Of a stretch of 10,866 nt of DNA, positions 9,288-10,866 are shown in pieces. Within the stretch, counting starts at the first letter, position 1; every line of letters begins with the position of its first letter. The stretch lies in contig JAWQFM010000022.1 in the NCBI GenBank assembly GCA_033442325.1, forward strand, positions 1,150,531 through 1,161,396, given 5' to 3'. Made by a program: the position numbers and the translations under genes. Origin of the DNA: Salpingoeca rosetta (taxonomy: Eukaryota; Protista; Choanoflagellata). The notes beneath the pieces were generated by a model. It searched no databases, had not been told where the DNA came from, and saw only the letters and a program-made list of their open reading frames with translations.

Positions 9288-9298
9288 GAGGAAAAAGG
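9288..9298 (-). promoter_or_regulatory. TCT-initiator / 5'TOP-like pyrimidine tract CCTTTTTCCTC at the presumed RPL8 transcription start
   Basis: 11 uninterrupted pyrimidines matching YC(+1)TYTYY, about 45 nt upstream of the first donor. This architecture is typical of ribosomal protein genes. Confidence 0.55.
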
Positions 9299-9470
9299 CA
9301 CGGCGTGCTCTCTCTAATGTGAATCCAGTTGAAAATTGGCGAAAGATCGCTTTACATAGAGTGCACAAATTCGCTGACTCGACAAAAAATCACCCAGCCT
9401 CGCTGTCGCCGGACACAGGCCGAAGACAAAAGAGTTGTTGTTGTGCCACACGACCGCTGGTCTCTGCTGT
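9299..9470. promoter_or_regulatory. Compact bidirectional promoter region between RPL8 and TRMT11
   Basis: Head-to-head genes with under 240 nt between the RPL8 TOP-like tract and the TRMT11 ATG; locally A/T-richer and free of microsatellites. Confidence 0.5.
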
Positions 9471-9539
9471 ATGTTTCCACGACTGCTGCGACTGTTGCGA
9501 CTGCTGCGACTGCTGCGACTGCTGCTGTTGGTGCGATGA
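9471..9539 (+). other. Upstream [25 protein letters not shown] built from a CGACTGCTG 9-mer repeat; its stop overlaps the TRMT11 start (ATGA)
   Basis: ATG at 9471 and TGA at 9537-9539; the main ATG is at 9536-9538. The ORF is directly visible, but its translation is not demonstrated. Confidence 0.5.
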
Positions 9540-10437
9540 GGCTGTTGGGGTCGGTGCTGAAGCGCCCGCTGCCAGAGGGCGACCGGTGGCGTAGATATGT
9601 GATTGAGTTTGTGGACTCTCGTCGCGACTTTCGCCTGGCTGAGATCAAGGCCGTCGCAGAGGTGCTCAACGTCAACTGGGTCCTGCACGATGACAACTAC
9701 GACGACGAGGTATGTGAGTGTGTGAGTGTGCGTGTGTGTGGATGTGTGTGAGTGTGCGTGTGTGTGTGTGTGTGCGTGCGTGTGGGTGTGTGTGTGTGTA
9801 TGTGTGTGTGTGGATATGTGTGCATGTCTGAACGCATGTGTATGTTATGTGCGTGTAAATCATACGAGTGTGTGCGTGTGCGTGTAAATGCATACGAGTG
9901 TGTGTGTACATGAAGTCTATTCTGGTGTGCATGTGCATTTGCGAACGCATGTACTCTCGTTTGCCTTTTCCGCATGCCCCACATCTGATCATTGTTTGTC
10001 ACTGCTCTGGTTTCCTCCTACTCCTGCTCCACTCTCCTTTTTCTTTGCATCACTTGCAGACACTGCATGTGGTGGCAGACTTTGATGGCCCGGAGAGTGT
10101 GATGGTGGATGTGGCGGAACGGTCCATGCTTGTGCGCTACATTGCCGTGCTCTGGGGCTGGGGAACAGACTGGACATCATGCATGCAACACATTAACCAC
10201 GACGCCCTGGTAAATCGATCGACGCTTAGGGTGGTGAAAACCGCCACGCACATGCCCCTTGGGGGGAGGGGGCCAAGAGACGAGATCAGCAAGCCTTGCA
10301 GTGTGTCTGTGTGAGTGTGTACATGTGTGTGCATGTGTGTGTGTGTATGTCTGTGTCTGCGTGCGTGTGTACATGTGTCTGCGTGTGTGTGCTGTGTCTG
10401 TGTGTGTGTGTGTGTGTCTGTCTGTCTGTGTGTGCAT

Positions 10438-10475
<38 letters not shown>

Positions 10476-10629
10476 CGCTCCGATCCCACGTGGATGTTCT
10501 GCCAAGCGTGGGCTGCTCACCGTGCACTATTTTTCCCATGACAGGCACCATACAGGAAAGGTACATTCAAGTGCGACTTTATGTCTCGCTGTCGTAGAAT
10601 AACTTCCTCTCGTCGCAAGAAGATCTTTG

Positions 10630-10631
<2 letters not shown>
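9536..10631 (+). CDS. TRMT11: tRNA (guanine(10)-N2)-methyltransferase, 3'-partial; exons 9536-9709, 10060-10209, 10545-10631, continuing beyond the window
   Basis: Matches to the human TRMT11 N-terminal THUMP region, from memory: [21 protein letters not shown] ~ RYLLLMAQEHLEFRLPEIKSL; [18 protein letters not shown] ~ LMKRTVCAKSIFELWGHG; [12 protein letters not shown] ~ VPFLHSDSTYKI. All introns are phase 0 GT-AG (9710-10059, 10210-10544, 10632->). The SAM-binding domain is not in the window. Confidence 0.85.
9712..9907. repeat. Degenerate GT-rich microsatellite, TRMT11 intron 1
   Basis: Directly visible. Confidence 0.85.
10301..10474. repeat. Degenerate GT-rich microsatellite, TRMT11 intron 2
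   Basis: Directly visible. Confidence 0.85.

Positions 10632-10697
<66 letters not shown>
10632..10697. repeat. (GT)33 starting at the donor of TRMT11 intron 3
   Basis: Directly visible. Confidence 0.95.
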
Positions 10698-10699
<2 letters not shown>

Positions 10700-10820
10700 C
10701 ATGTGGTGGTTGCGGTTGACATGGTTGCGGCTCCCCGTCAATGTTTGCCTCGCATCAATCAGCACACTTGGCATCGCTGCGAACCTGGCCCCTTGTTCTG
10801 TCCCTCCCCATGATCCCGCC

Positions 10821-10826
<6 letters not shown>

Positions 10827-10862
<36 letters not shown>
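10827..10862. repeat. (CA)18 in TRMT11 intron 3
   Basis: Directly visible. Confidence 0.95.
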
Positions 10863-10865
<3 letters not shown>

Positions 10866-10866
10866 T

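Overview
Eukaryotic, intron-rich, GC-rich genomic DNA with abundant (GT)n/(CA)n tracts in introns. The style resembles a choanoflagellate such as Salpingoeca; this is an inference, not provable from the window. Four protein-coding genes can be reconstructed by hand: (1) the 3' end of an RNF213/mysterin-like giant E3 ligase gene (<1..1443, +); (2) a LARP6-family RNA-binding protein with La motif, RRM-like domain and C-terminal LSA/SUZ-C motif, join(3065..4670,4968..5921,6211..6390,6738..6754), 918 aa; (3) ribosomal protein uL2/RPL8 on the minus strand, join(8667..8526,8262..7703,7452..7387), 255 aa, with a probable non-coding first exon starting in a TCT/5'TOP-like pyrimidine tract; (4) the 5' part of a TRMT11/Trm11 tRNA m2G10 methyltransferase, join(9536..9709,10060..10209,10545..10631,...), head-to-head with RPL8. 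Most ORFs in the supplied track are microsatellite or antisense artefacts. The most interesting observations are a 22-codon CGA/CUG-rich uORF whose stop overlaps the TRMT11 start (ATGA), an RNF213-like C-terminus in a probably non-animal genome, a TOP-like RPL8 leader next to a LARP6 gene, and complementary GT/CA tracts placed to fold across splice sites.
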